From: Malacoraja senta
Lineage: Eukaryota
Direction of reading: 5' to 3'
Assembly: GCA_038087875.1 (NCBI GenBank)
Contig: JAXLNO010000252.1
Coordinates: 124,001 to 188,000, forward strand
Length of the DNA: 64,000 nucleotides
Below, one piece after another: positions 12,420-26,400 of the stretch. A program made the position numbers and the translations under genes. Positions within the stretch are counted from its first letter, which is position 1, and each line of letters opens with the position of its first letter. The notes beneath the pieces are model-generated. The model was not told the DNA's origin. It made no database searches and was given only the letters and a program-made list of their open reading frames with translations.

Positions 12420-13415
12420 GCCTTGGAGAGGGTCCAGAGGAGGTTTACAAAAATGATCCCAGGAATGAGTGGGTTAACCTAAGATGAGCATTTGTCGGCA
12501 CTGGGCCTGTACTCGCTGGAGTTTAGAAGAATGAGGGGGGACATCATTGAAACTTACAGAATAGTGAAAGGCTTGGATAGATTGGAAGTGGAGAGGATGT
12601 TTCCAATAGTGGGAGAGTCTAGGACCAGAGGCCACGGCCTCAGAATTAAATGACGTTCATTTCGGAAGGAGGTGAGGAGGAATTTATTTCCTCAGAGGGT
12701 GATGAATCTGTGGGATTCATTGCCACAGACGGCTGTGGAGGCCACAAGCCAGTGGATATTTTAAGGCAGAGATTGATAGATTGTTAATTCGTACGGGTGT
12801 CAGGGGTTACGGGGAGAAGACTTTTGTCACCTGTACTAATCAAGAACCTGTTGATTTCCGCTTTGAAAATAGACAACAGACAATAGGTGCAGGAGTAGGC
12901 CATTTGGCCCTTTGAGACAGCACCGCCATTTAATGTGATCACGGCTGATCATCCCCAATCAGTACCCCGTTCCTGCCTCTCCCCATATCCCCTGACTCCA
13001 CTATCTTTAAGAGCCCTATCTAGCTCTCTCTTGAAATTATCCAGAGAACCAGCCTCCACCGCCCTCTGAGGCAGAGAATTTCACAGACTCACAACTCTGT
13101 GAGAAAAAGTGTTTCCTCGTCTCCGTTCTAAATGGCCGACCCCTTATTCTTAAACTGTGGCCCCTTGTTCTGGACTCCCCCAACATTGGGAACATGTTTC
13201 CTGCCTCTAGCGTGTCCGATCCCTTAATAATCTTATATGTTTCAATAAGATGCCCTCTCAGCCTTCTAAACCCCAGAGTGTACAATCCCAGCTGCTCCAT
13301 TCTCTCAGCATATGACAGTCCTGCCATCCTGGGAATTAACCTTGTAAACCTACGCTGCACTCCCTCAATAGCAAGAACGTCCTTCTTCAAATTAGGGGAC
13401 CAAATCTGCACACAA
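12420..13415. mobile_element. Two CR1 3' fragments (plus about 12420-12820; minus about 12870-13415)
   Basis: LERVQRRFT / GHLIETYK motifs in opposite orientations. Confidence 0.8.
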
Positions 13416-14043
13416 TTCTGTGAGCTTTGACATTAGGTGTGCCTCCCTAGTGCCACGTGTGCACGATGGCAGCCTCGCCGACAGACTGTCTGTCTTTTTA
13501 TTTTTAGTGTGTTTTTAAAGTTTGCGTCAATGGTCTCCGGTTTGTTTTATGTGACCAATGACTTGGCCTCCACAGCCGTCTGTGGCAATGACTTCCACAG
13601 ATTCACCACCCTCTAGGTGAATAAATTCCTCCTCGTCTCCTTTCTATGGATGGATACAGGTCAGGGGGGGGGGGTTGTTAGTCACTAAAAGGCCAGAGCC
13701 GGAAGGTCAAAAGGCTGTGAGACAAGGGCCCGGATCGATGGGACAAGGTTCCCCTTGGTGCTGTGTCCGAAGATCAAGTGCAAGATTCGGAATGAAGACC
13801 GCTCCCCAATTTCCCCATTGGGGCAGAAATGTGCAGAGGGGAGATTGGGAGGGGGGGTGATGGAGGCAGGGAGTGAAAGGGAGATGGGTGATGGGGAAGG
13901 GGTGGGTTGTGGGGAGGGGTCCGTGGTGGGGGGGTAAAGAGGGGGCAAGGGGAGCGTGAAGAGAGGGGAGGGGAATTGGGGATCGGGAGGGGTGGGGGTT
14001 GGTGACTTTGTCGAGAAACAGAGCAACACTTTTGACGGCCATT

Positions 14044-14071
14044 CTGAAGAAGGATCTCGACCCGAAACGTC
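14044..14071 (+). ncRNA. Minimal hammerhead-ribozyme-like core (representative copy)
   Basis: CTGAAGA-A-GGATC(TC)GACCC-GAAAC-GTC: the CUGANGA and GAAA catalytic boxes, stem II with one mismatch, a palindromic ACGT stem III and a GUC cleavage triplet. Confidence 0.55.
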
Positions 14072-14489
14072 ACCCGTTCCTACTCTCCACAGATGCTGCC
14101 TGACCCGCTGAGTTACTCCAGCACTCTGTGAAACGTCACCTATCCATGTTCTCCACAGATGCTGCCTGACCCGCTGAGTTACGCCAGCACTCTGTGAAAC
14201 GTCACCTATCCATGTTCTCCACAGATGCTAATGTGCAAAAAAGTAGGGAGTCTGGGTTAAAACGTGGCGGTAAATTCTGAGTGAGCCTCTGCTTTTTTGC
14301 ATATCTTTCATTCATTTTTTCTATATCTCTCTACATCACCGTCTATATCTCTCGTTTCCCTTTCCCCTGACTGAAGAAGGGTCTCGACCCGAAATGTCAC
14401 CCATTCCTTCTCTCCAGAGATGCTGCGTGGCCCGCTGAGTTACTCCAGCATTTTGTGTCTATCTTCGGTGTAACCTGTCCTCCACTATC

Positions 14490-15250
14490 ACCCTGAGCCC
14501 CATGCTCTACTCCCTCTTCACACACGACTGTGTTCCTGCATTCGACACCAACACAATCGTCAAGTTTGTAGATGACACAACCATGATCGGGCTGATCACC
14601 AACGGTGATGAAACAAACTACAGAGCGGAGGTGCAGAACCTGGCGGACTGGTGCTCACGTAACAACTTGTCCCTAAACACCTCCAAGACCAAGGAGCTGA
14701 TTATCGACTTCAGGAGGACACATAATGGGGAACACGCCCCAATCTCCATCTATGGGGACAGTGTGGAGAGAGTGTCCAGCTTTAAGTTTCTGGGCACACA
14801 CATCTCAGAGGACCTCACATGGTCCAACACCGCTGCGCTGGTCAAAGCACAGCAACGACTGTTCTTCCTGAGAACATTGAAAAAGACTGGTCTTCCCCAA
14901 CAGCTGCTGACAACCTTCTACTGCTGCACCACAGAGAGCATCCTAACATATGACATCTCTGTGTGGTATCTCAGCTGCACGGAGACGGAGAGGAGAGCTC
15001 TTCAGCGCGTCGTCCACAGAGCGCAGAAGATAATTGGGACACCGCTACCAGCCTTGGAGGGCATCTACCACACACGGTGCCTCAGGAAGGCCGTCAGCAT
15101 CCACAAAGACTCCTCACTCCCTTGTAATAGTCTGTTCGAACTCCTACCTTCCGGCAGACGTTACAAGGCCTTCTACGCCCGCACCTCCAGACTCAGGAAC
15201 AGCTTCATCCCCAGAGCTATAGCTGCTCTGAACCGGCCCTGCTGAGTGCC
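14490..15250 (+). mobile_element. Rex1/Babar-type LINE, RT C-terminal half
   Basis: LYSLFTHDC...KFVDDTT...LNTSKTKELIIDFRR...AQQRLFFLR...LPSGRRY. Confidence 0.85.
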
Positions 15251-15839
15251 CCCCCCCCCCCCCATGAACTGTCTCTCTCGGATGGTCACGTCCCACATCG
15301 ATCCGGCACAGAAATATTTCCACTTTAGACTGTTTTACTGTTCTTGTGCAATGAAAATAAATGATATTATTATATTGTTATTATTAAACCAGCATCTGCT
15401 GTTCCTTCCTCCACCACCAGAGAGCAGTTCTGATCTATTATCCCCCTCACTGGAGATCCTCAGACTATCTGTATCTTTGATCAGACTTTACTGGACGTTA
15501 TCTTGCTCTAGACGTTATTCACTTTATTCCCTTTATCCTGTATATCTACACTGTTCTGACTGGTTAGCTCACAACAAAACAGCTTTTCACTGTAACCTCA
15601 GTATTCATGACAAGTGAGGCCCAGCACAAATTGGAGGAACAGCACCTCATATTTCACTTGGGTAGTTTACACCCCAGCGGTATGAACATTGACTTCTCTA
15701 ACTTCACATAGCCCATTCTTTCCCTCTCTCTCCATCCCCTCCCCCTTCCCAGTTCTCCCACCAGTCTGACTGACCCCCTGATTACATTTTATCTCTGTAT
15801 GCTTCGCTGTCAGCTTTGCCGAGCTAACAACGATCTATT

Positions 15840-16935
15840 GGTTGGCAGACAGGGAACAAAGAGTAGGGATTAACGGGTCCCTTTCAGAATGGCAGGCAGT
15901 GACTAGTGGGGTACCGCAAGGCTCGGTGCTGGGACCGCAGCTACTTACAATATACATCAATGATTTAGATGAAGGGATTCAAAGTAACATTAGCAAATTT
16001 GCAGATGACACAAAGCTGGGTGGCAGTGTGAACTGTGAGGAGGATGCTATGAGGATGCAGGGTGACTTGGACAGGTTGGGGGAGTGGGCAGATGCATGGC
16101 AGATGAAGTTTAATGTGGATAAATGTGAGGTTATCCACTTTGGTGGCAAAAACAGGAAGGCAGATTATTATCTAAATGGTGTCAAGTTGGGAAAAGGGGA
16201 AATACAACGGGATTTGAGTGGTCCTTGTTCATCAGTCACTGAAAGTAAGCATGCAGGTACAGCAGGCAGTGAAGAAAGCATATGGCATGTTGACCTTCAT
16301 AACAAGAGGAGTTGAGTATAGGAGCAAAGAGTTCCTTCTGCAGTTGTACAGGGCCCTAGTGAGAACACACCTGGAGTATTATGTGGAGTTTTGGTCACCT
16401 AATTTGAGGAAGGACATTCTTGCTATTGAGGGAGTGCAGCGTAGGTTTATAAGGTTAATTCCAGGGATGGCGGGACTGTCATATGTTGATAGAATGGAGC
16501 GGCTGGGCGTGTATACTCTGGAATTTAGAAGGATGGGAAATATCTTATAGAAACATATACAATTATTAAAGGACTGGACAAGCTAGATGCAGGAAAAATG
16601 TTCCCAATGTTGGGCGAGTCCAGAACCAGGGGTGACAGTCTTAGAATAAAGGGGAGGTCATTTAAGACTGAGGTGCGAAACAACTTTTTCACCCAGAGAG
16701 TTGTGAATTTATGGAATTCCCTGCCACAGAGGGCAGTGGAGGCCAAATCACTGGATGGATTTAAGAGAGAGTCAGATAGAGCTCTAGGGGCTAGTGGAAT
16801 CAATAGATATGGGGAGAAGGCAGGCACAGGTTATTGATTGTGGACGATCAGCCATGATCACAATGAATGGCGGTGCTGGCTCGAAGGGCCGAATGGCCTC
16901 CTCCTGCACCTATTTTCTATGTTTCTATGTTTCCA
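15840..16935 (+). mobile_element. CR1 LINE 3' portion
   Basis: [17 protein letters not shown], frameshifted C-terminus, (TTCTATGT)n-like tail. Confidence 0.9.
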
Positions 16936-17059
16936 TATTATAATAATTGCTTGATGTATTGTAACCTTTGATTGTACTTTTGATATGCTGTATTATGCAT
17001 TTTGCTGAATAAAGTCCTTGCAAAAAATAAAGAGAGTGACAACATATGTGTGGAGCACC

Positions 17060-17580
17060 ACGCACCTCCTCTACCTGGGGGTCTACCCGAGTTACACTGA
17101 GGGGGCTTGGCCAGTGAACTGGCAGGATCTAGAGGCGAGAGTCGTCGCCCGGCTAGGGCGTTGGTCAGGCCTCCTTGGCGTGCTCTCTTACTGGGGGAGA
17201 GCATTGGTCATAAACCAGCTGGTGTCCTCTATGTTGTGGTACCGGCTGGCCACTCTGGTCCCACCCTCTTTATTTGTCACCATGATCCAGAGGAGGTTGG
17301 TGAACTTCTTCTGGGGATGAGAGGAATCATTGGGTCTCTGCCGGGGTTCTGAGTCTCCCATTGGAGGAGGGCGGTCAGGCACTGGTTTGCGTCCGTACCC
17401 AGGTGGCGGCTCTCCGTCTCAGGACCCTGCGGAGGTATATATACTCCGAGTGTCCTCCTGGATGGCACGGGCTGGCGACGTACTTTTTCCGCCCGGGTCG
17501 CTGCCTCCAGGAGGGCACACGGCTCCCGGTAGCGGGCATCAGTCGACACACTAGGCGGGAGTTGCCTGGCTTTTATCGAG
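17060..17580 (+). mobile_element. Tx1-like LINE fragment
   Basis: YLGVY...WSGLLGVLSYWGRALVINQLVSSMLWY...EEGGQAL, typical of the post-RT region of Tx1 ORF2. Confidence 0.75.
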
Positions 17581-18322
17581 ATAATAGACTAAGTGGGACC
17601 CGTTGGGTCCCAGCTTCACACGGGAGGGCTGGTCACCCAACACAATATTCCACCTCTCCACCAATTCCAATAGTGCTGGCCAGTGGGGGGGGGGGGGGGG
17701 CACTTTCTGTTGCGCTAGTATGGGTGCTGTGGGCCGAAGGTACTGGTTTCCAGAGGGCTATTATAGACATTGTGGGCCGAATGGATTCTTGGGCTGTCAG
17801 CTCAGTCACTGAGGCCAGGCAGCTCAGTCTCTGAGGCCTGGCAGTACAATCACTCGGGCCTGGCAGGCTGGCAGCTGATAAACTGCCAGAAATTCTGCCC
17901 AAAACAGGTGACAGACTGTGAGAGAGAAGAGGGAGTGGGTGGACTGATTGGATTATTGGGCTGGCAGTTCAGTCATTTACGGCTGGTGGGCTGGCAATTC
18001 ACTTACTCACGGCTTGTGGGCTGGCAGTGCAGTCAGTCACGCCTGGTACGCTGGCAGTTCACTCATTCACCCCACCTACCTTCACCCCCCCCACTCTGCT
18101 CCTTGCCATTCCCCTCCCACCCACACATTCAGTGCATCTCCCCACAACCTCCTCCCATTCACTCTTAGTGGCTCTCCCACAGAGCAGCCATTCCTGCCTA
18201 TTAGGTTCACATTGTGATGAAGAACAGGCAGGTATGAAAAGTGCAAAAAGGACTTATTAAAGTTTAAAATGTGAATAACTCTTAAAATCTAAGAACAATT
18301 TAAAAGTTAAAGATGAGAATTA

Positions 18323-18640
18323 TTAAGTTATTTCTTCTTGTGTCTCTTGTTGTGTTCTGCTGCTCACTGCCTCTTGATGACTATTTCCTGTTGATAAAAA
18401 GAGACATTCATCCCAAACAATGACTTTCACTTGCCTCATGAAATGTGCCGTCTTAGGGTTCTTCTCGATGTTGCAGAATGTATCCTCGGCCACTTGGATG
18501 GGTATCTTGAATGGAGAATGTGTAGTTCTTCCACCAGGCATTAACGTAGCTGCTATCCCAGAGGATGCTACAGCAATAGCCACATCACCTTGACCTCTAA
18601 CCTTTCCTGACATGATGTCGAAAAAGCAGCCTAAAGACAA
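18323..18640 (-). mobile_element. Helitron-derived PIF1 helicase fragment (copy 1)
   Basis: AVASSGIAATLMPGGRTTHSPFKIP...IVWDE are PIF1 motifs Ia-II. Confidence 0.75.
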
Positions 18641-19161
18641 TTTCAGTTGTTAATGAACACTGAAGAATTTGTGCAAAACATTTTTTTGAGGCGGGGGGCG
18701 TCAGGGTGGGGTGGGGGTGGTAAACGTTGTGCAGCCAAGGGAGGGGCACAGCTTCAGGCGGGGGCTCTCGTGAGCTGATGAGGGGGGGTGTGTCCTCCAG
18801 CGGGGGATGTGGGCGGCTTCAGTAGGGGGGCAGGAGGGGGCGCATCCTATAGCCAGGCGGAGGGCAGCGTCTTGAGGTGGGGGATGTCAGTGGAGGAGGG
18901 AGGGGGGGCGGTGAGCGACTTACTCATGACCTCTGGACTCACTCACTGCCTTGGGATTAACTCATGGCCTTTGGACTGACTGACTGACTCATGGCTTGTG
19001 GACTGACTGATGCCCGACTTCTGGGGTCACGTCCGACTTTTGTAAACTGAAAACTGTAACATCTACATTGAGGAACAGCTTCTTCCTGAGCCATCAGGCT
19101 ATTAAACATAACAAATAAGCTCTGAACTACGAAAATAATAACTATATTATTTGTGCTATTT

Positions 19162-19207
<46 letters not shown>

Positions 19208-20219
19208 ATACACACACACACACACACACACAGTCACACACATATTCACACACACACACATATTCATTCACACACACACATATTCACACACACACACATT
19301 CACACACACACATATTCTCACACACACATATTCTCACACACACACATATTCACACACACATATTCACACACACATATTCACACAGTCACACACACACACA
19401 TATTCACACACACACACACACATATTCACACACAGTCGCACACACACACACACAGTCACACACACACACACATATTCACACACACACATACATACAGGAA
19501 GATTGTTCCCGATGTTGGGGAAGTCCAGAACAAGAGGTCACAGTTTAAGGATAAGGGGGAAGTCTTTTAGGACCGAGATGAGAAAATCATTTTTCACACA
19601 GAGAGTGGTGAATCTGTGGAAGGTAGTTGAGGCCAGTTCATTGGCTATATTTAAAAGGGAGTTAGATGTGGCCCTTGTGGCTAAAGGGATCAGGGGGTAT
19701 GGAGAGAAGGCAGGTACAGGACACTGAGTTGGATGATCAGCCATGATCATATTAAATGGCGGTGCAGGCTCGAAGGGCCGAATGGCCTATTCCTGCACCC
19801 ATTTTCTATGTTTCTATGTCCACACACACATATTCACACACACACACACACATACACACACATATTCACACAGAGAAACACACACACACACACATATTCA
19901 CACACACACACACATATTCACACAGAGAAACACACACACACACACATCCATACACACATATTCACACATACACACACACATATTCACACACGCATACATA
20001 CATTCACACATATTCACACACACTCACACACATACATATTCACACACACACATATTCACACACACACACATACACACACACACACATACATATTTACACA
20101 CACACATATTTACACACACACATATTTACACACACACATATTTACACACACACATATAGAGATACACATAGAGACACACACATACGCACACATACATACA
20201 AGCACACCCATACACACAC

Positions 20220-21115
20220 TGAACTGAACTGAACTTTATTTATAGATCACTTTAAAAACAACCACTGTTGCAACAAAGTGCTGTACATGACTAATCATAA
20301 ATATAAAACAAAACAATAAAAACATTAAAAGACAGTAAAAACAATAAAAAACAATAGAAACACTAAAACAGGAGCAAAGTCTCATGCAGGGTCAAAAGCC
20401 AAGGAATAGAAAAGGGTTTTAAGACTGGATTTGAAAATGGACAGTGAAGGGGCCTGTCTAATGTGCAAAGGTAGAGAGTTCCATAATGTCGGAGCAGCAA
20501 CAGAGAAGGCTCTATCCCCTCTGAGCTTCCGCTTAGACCTCGGTACCTCCAGGAGCAGCTGATCAGCTGACCTGAGGCACCGAGCAGGAGCGTAGGGATG
20601 AAGCAGCTCAGAGAGGTAAGGCGGGGCGAGACCATTTAACGATTTAAAAACAAATAAACGAATCTTAAAATGAACTCTAAAGTACACAGGCAGCCAGTGG
20701 AGGGAGGGAGGCCAGAATAGGCGTTATGTGCTCCCTCTTACGTGTTCCAGTTAAAAAGCGAGCAGCAGCATTCTGAACCAACTGGAGACGTGCAAGGGAT
20801 GATTGGCTAACTCCAAAATAAAGTGCGTTACAGTAATCCAGCCAAGACGTGATGAAGGCATGGATTACTGTTTCAAAATGCTGTCGTTCAAGAATGGGCT
20901 TCACCTTTGCCAGCTGCCTTAAATGAAAGAAGCTGGACTTAACTACCGCGCCTATTTGACGATCTAATTTAAAATCACTGTCCATCTTAAAACCCAAGTT
21001 CAAAACTGTTGGCTTCACATACAGTGCCAAGGGACCCAGGTCAACAGGGGGAGGTTCACGGGGGCCATTGGGACCAAACACTATCACTTCTGTTTTCTTT
21101 TCATTAAAATTTAAC
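20220..21115 (-). mobile_element. L2 LINE 3' fragment
   Basis: LNFNEKKTEVIVFG...HAFITSWLDYCNAL...LQLVQNAAAR...REHITPILASL...GDRAFSVAAPTLWNSLP; AATAAA plus (GTTCA)n tail. Confidence 0.88.
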
Positions 21116-21631
21116 ATATACATACACACACACATATATATATATTCATACACACACACACATAGTCACACACACATAGTCATACACACACATACATAGT
21201 CACACAGTCACACACACACACATATATTCACACACACATATTCACACACACACACACACATATCCATTCACACACACACATAGTCACACACACACATATT
21301 CACACACATATTCACACACACACATAGTCACACACACATAGTCACACACACACATGCACACACACACACATAGTCACACACACATATTCACACACACATA
21401 TTCATTCACACACATATAGTCACACACAGTCACACATCCAGTGCATCTCCCCACAACCTCCCCCCATTCACTCTTAGTGGCTCTCCCACAGAGCAGCCAT
21501 TCCTGCCTATTAGGTTCACATTGTGATGAAGAACAGGCAGGCATGAAAAGTGCAAAAAGGATTTATTAAAGTTTAAAATGTGAATAACTCTTAAAATATA
21601 AGAACAATTTAAATGTTAAAGATGAGAATTA

Positions 21632-21949
21632 TTAAGTTATTTCTTCTTGTGTCTCTTGTTGTGTTCTGCTGCTCACTGCCTCTTGATGACTATTTCCTGT
21701 TGATAAAAAGAGACATTCATCCCAAACAATGACTTTCACTTGCCTCATGAAATGTGCCGTCTTAGAGTTCTTCTCGATGTTGCAGAATGTATCCTCGGCC
21801 ACTTGGATGGGTATCTTGAATGGAGAATGTGTAGTTCTTCCACCAGGCATTAACGTAGCTGCTATCCCAGAGGATGCTACAGTAATAGCCACATCACCTT
21901 GACCTCTAACTTTTCCTGACATGATGTCGAAAAAGCAGCCTAAAGACAA
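21632..21949 (-). mobile_element. Helitron-derived PIF1 helicase fragment (copy 2, tandem duplicate)
   Basis: Near-identical to 18323-18640 at an offset of 3309 bp. Confidence 0.75.
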
Positions 21950-22470
21950 TTTCAGTTGTTAATGAACACTGAAGAATTTGTGCAAAACATTTTTTTGATG
22001 CGGGGGCTGTCAGGGTGGGGTGGGGGGTGGTAAACGTCGTGCAGCCAAGGGAGGGGCACAGCTGCAGGCGGGGGCTCTCGTGAGCTGATGAGAAGGGAGG
22101 GGGTGTGTCCTCCAGCGGAGGATGTGGGCGGCTTCAGTAGGGGGCAGGAGGGGGCGCATCCTATAGCCAGGCGGGGGGCAGCGTCTTGAGGTGGGGGATG
22201 TCAGTGGAGGAGGGAGGGGGGGCGGTGAGCGACTTACTCATGACCTCTTGACTCACTCACTGCCTTAGGATTAACTCATGACCTTTGGACTGACTGACTG
22301 ACTCATGGCTTGTGGACTGACTGATGCCCGACTTCTGGAGTCACGTCCGACTTTTGTAAACTGAAAACTGTAACATCTACATTGAGGAACAGCTTCTTCC
22401 TGAGCCATCAGGCTATTAAACATAACAAATAAGCTCTGAACTACGAAAGACTATATTATTTGTGCTATTT

Positions 22471-22503
<33 letters not shown>

Positions 22504-23368
22504 CACACACATATTCACACACACACACACATATTCATTCACACACACACATATTCACACACACATATTCACACACACACATACATACAGGAAGATTGTT
22601 CCTGATGTTGGGGAAGTCCAGAACAAGGGGTCACAGTTTAAGGATAAGGGGGAAGTCTTTTAGGACCGAGATGAGAAGATCATTTTTCACACAGAGAGCG
22701 GTGAATCTGTGGAATTCTCTGCCACAGAAGGTACTTGAGGACAGTTCATTGGCTATATTTAAGAGGGAGTTAGATGTGGCCCTTGTGGCTAAAGGGATCA
22801 GGGGGTATGGAGAGAAGGCAGGTACAGGACACTGAGTTGGATGATCAGCCATGATCATATTGAATGGCGGTGTCGGCTCAAAGGGCCGAATGGCCTACTC
22901 CTGCACCTATTTTCTATGTTTCTATGTTACACACACACACACACACATATATTCACACACACACACACATATTCACACAGAGACACACACTCATAAACAC
23001 ACACACATACACATCCATACACACATATTCACACATACACACACACATATTCACACACACGCATACATACATTCACACATACATTCACACACACATATTC
23101 ACACACACACACATATTCACACACACACACACATATTCACACACACATATTCACGCACACACATATTCACACACACACATATTCACAGATACACACATAT
23201 TCACACACACATCCATACACACACATACATATTCACACACACACATATTTACACACACAGACACAAATAGAGATACACATAGATACACATACGCACACAT
23301 ACATACACGTACACCCACACCCATACACACACACATATACACACACATATATATTCATACACACACAT

Positions 23369-23402
<34 letters not shown>

Positions 23403-26400
23403 ATTCACACACACATACATTGTCACAGTCACACACACATATATTCACACACAGATTCATTCACACACACATATTCACACACGCTCATATTCATTCACAC
23501 ACACACACATAGTCACACACACATATTCACACACACATATTCACACATAGACACACACACATATATTCACACACACACATATTCACACACACAAACATAG
23601 TCACAGTCACACACACATATTCATTCACACACACACATATTCACAAACACACACATACATACAGGAAGATTGTTCCCGATGTTGGGGAAGTCGAGAACAA
23701 GGGGTCACTGTTTAAGGATAAGGGGGAAGTCTTTTAGGACCGAGATGAGAAGATCATTTTTCACACAGAGAGTGGTGAATCTGTGGAATTCTCTGCCACA
23801 GAAGGTAGTTGAGGCCAGTTCATTGGCTATATTTAAGAGCGAGTTAGATGTGGCCCTTGTGGCTAAAGGGATCAGGGGGTATGGAGAGAAGGCAGGTACA
23901 GGACACTGAGTTGGATGATCAGCCATGATCATATTAAATGGCGATGCAGGCTCGAAGGGCCGAATGGCCTACTCCTGCACCTATTGTCTATGTTTCTATA
24001 TTACACACACACACACACACACACATATATTCACACACACACACACATATTCACACAGAGACACACACTCATAAACACACACACACATACACATCCATAC
24101 ACACATATTCACACATATTCACACACACGCATACATACATTCACACATACATTCACACACATATTCACACACACACATATTCACACACTCACACACACAC
24201 ACACACATATTCACACACACACACACATATTCACACACACACACACACATATTCACGCACACATATTCACGCACACACATATTCACACACACACATATTC
24301 ACAGATACACACATATTCACACACACACACATCCATACACACACATACATATTCACACACACACATATTTACACACACACACACAAATAGAGATACACAT
24401 AGATACACATACGCACACATACATACACGTACACCCACACCCATACACACACACATATACACACACATATATATTCATACACACACATATTCGCACACAC
24501 ACACACACACACACACACTCATTCACACACACACATACATAGTCACAGTCACACACACATATATTCACACACAGATTCATTCACACACACATATTCACAC
24601 ACACACACACATATTCATTCACACACACACATAGTCACACACACAGTCACACACACATATTCACACACACATAGACACACACACATAGACACACACACAC
24701 ATATATTCACACACACACATATTCACACACACAAACATAGTCACAGTCACACACACATATATTCACACACACATATTCATTCACACACACACATATTCAC
24801 ACACACACACATACATACAGGAAGATTGTTCCCGATGTTGGGGAAGTCGAGAACAAGGGGTCACTGTTTAAGGATAAGGGGGAAGTCTTTTAGGACCGAG
24901 ATGAGAAAATCATTTTTCACACAGAGAGTGGTGGATCTGTGGAATTCTCTGCCACAGAAGGTAGTTGAGGCCAGTTCATTGGCTATATTTAAGAGGAAGT
25001 TAGATGTGGCCCTTGTGGCTAAAGGGATCAGGGGGTATGGAGAGAAGGCAGGTACAGGACACTGAGTTGGATGATCAGCCATGATCATATTGAATGGCGG
25101 TGCAGACTCGAAGGGCCGAATGGCCTACTCCTGCACCTATTTTCTATGTTTCTATGTACACACACACACACATTCACACACACATATATTCACACACACA
25201 TATATTCACATACACACATATTCACACACACATACATATTCACACACACATATTCACACACACACACATAGTCCCACACACACACACACATTCATTCACA
25301 CACACACACACAAAGCTGCTTCCTGTTATGCCCAAGCAAAAAAAAACATTTCAATAGTGAGATAGGATGTATTTCCTGAGAAGGTGGTAGCTTCTGTAAA
25401 CAGAAGCCTTCTGGTTGGTAGCTGACATCATGATTACATTGTTAAGACAGAATTGTAAATGTTGACTAAGTTCCTGTTGTTTCGAAGTTTGTGATCAACA
25501 ATTTGTGATTGATAGAACCACGAGATGACAATTATTGTATTAGTAACAAGAATACTTTGAATGGGTATACTCTGTGATTTATTTGTGTTGGACGTCATTG
25601 TTGCTACTCTGTATAAACATGTGACTACTTCCAAAATACTATAAATTGATGCTGTATGTCTTTGTTCATTAGAGTGGTGGCTCAGGAGGGTTAAGTATCT
25701 GTTGGATACTTTACTTTGTATCCCTGGCACTCGCCGGCTAATGAATGAATACTTTATTGTCATTATAACATGTAAACATGTACAACGAAATGACCAGTAA
25801 AGCTTGTGTTGGTGTACCTAACCTATTGTGAGTTGTCTGTTTTAAGAAATGGACCTTAACAGAGACTTGTGGTTGTTGGGTCACTGAAAGAGAGGGGATT
25901 CACAGGTGGATTTGATGGGTTTGGACAACGAAGAGCACACTGATTTCATTGTTAACCAATGAAGTACTTCACTGAGGAACTTGACAATGTGAGACTTGAC
26001 AGTGTAAGGCTGGTCCAGAAAGTAAAGGCAGGTGGGATCAAAGGCGAGCTGGTAAAATGGATCCAAAATTGGCTTGGTGGGTGGAGGTTGAAGGTAGCGG
26101 TAGAAGGATGATTTCCTGCTTGGAGGTCTGTGACTGGTGAAGTGCAGCAGGGATAGGTGCTGCAACCTTTGCTGTTTATGTTATATTTTCACAGCTTGGA
26201 TGTGAATGTAGGAGGTGTGATTAGTAAGTCTGTGGAGGACGCAAAAATTGTGGATAGCGGGGAAGGTTGTCAAAATGTGCAGCAGGATATAGGCTAGATT
26301 ATTAAAACCTTATTGACATGCAGGGATATCAGAGCAAGAGAGTGCATGTTTATCATGAGAGCAAGGCATTTTAAAGTGGATCTGAGTTGCAAGTTTTCTT

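Larger units (their letters stand above)
19160..25312. repeat. (CA)n / CACATATT compound microsatellite array with four identically truncated CR1 3' ends
   Basis: CA-rich tracts; CR1 pieces beginning caggaagattgttcc at about 19495, 22588, 23662 and 24818. Confidence 0.95.

Noticed and set aside
13685..14042. Candidate leader exon for the butyrophilin-like gene (MAVKSVALFL...)
   Set aside because: No convincing hydrophobic core or phase-1 GT donor, and the ATG abuts a repeat.
18323..21949. Host PIF1 helicase gene
   Set aside because: Short isolated fragments without exon structure, duplicated within a repeat cassette; better explained as Helitron debris.
18957..25365. Long His/Thr-rich and Cys/Val-rich ORFs
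   Set aside because: Translations of (CA)n/(TG)n microsatellite; no coding signal.
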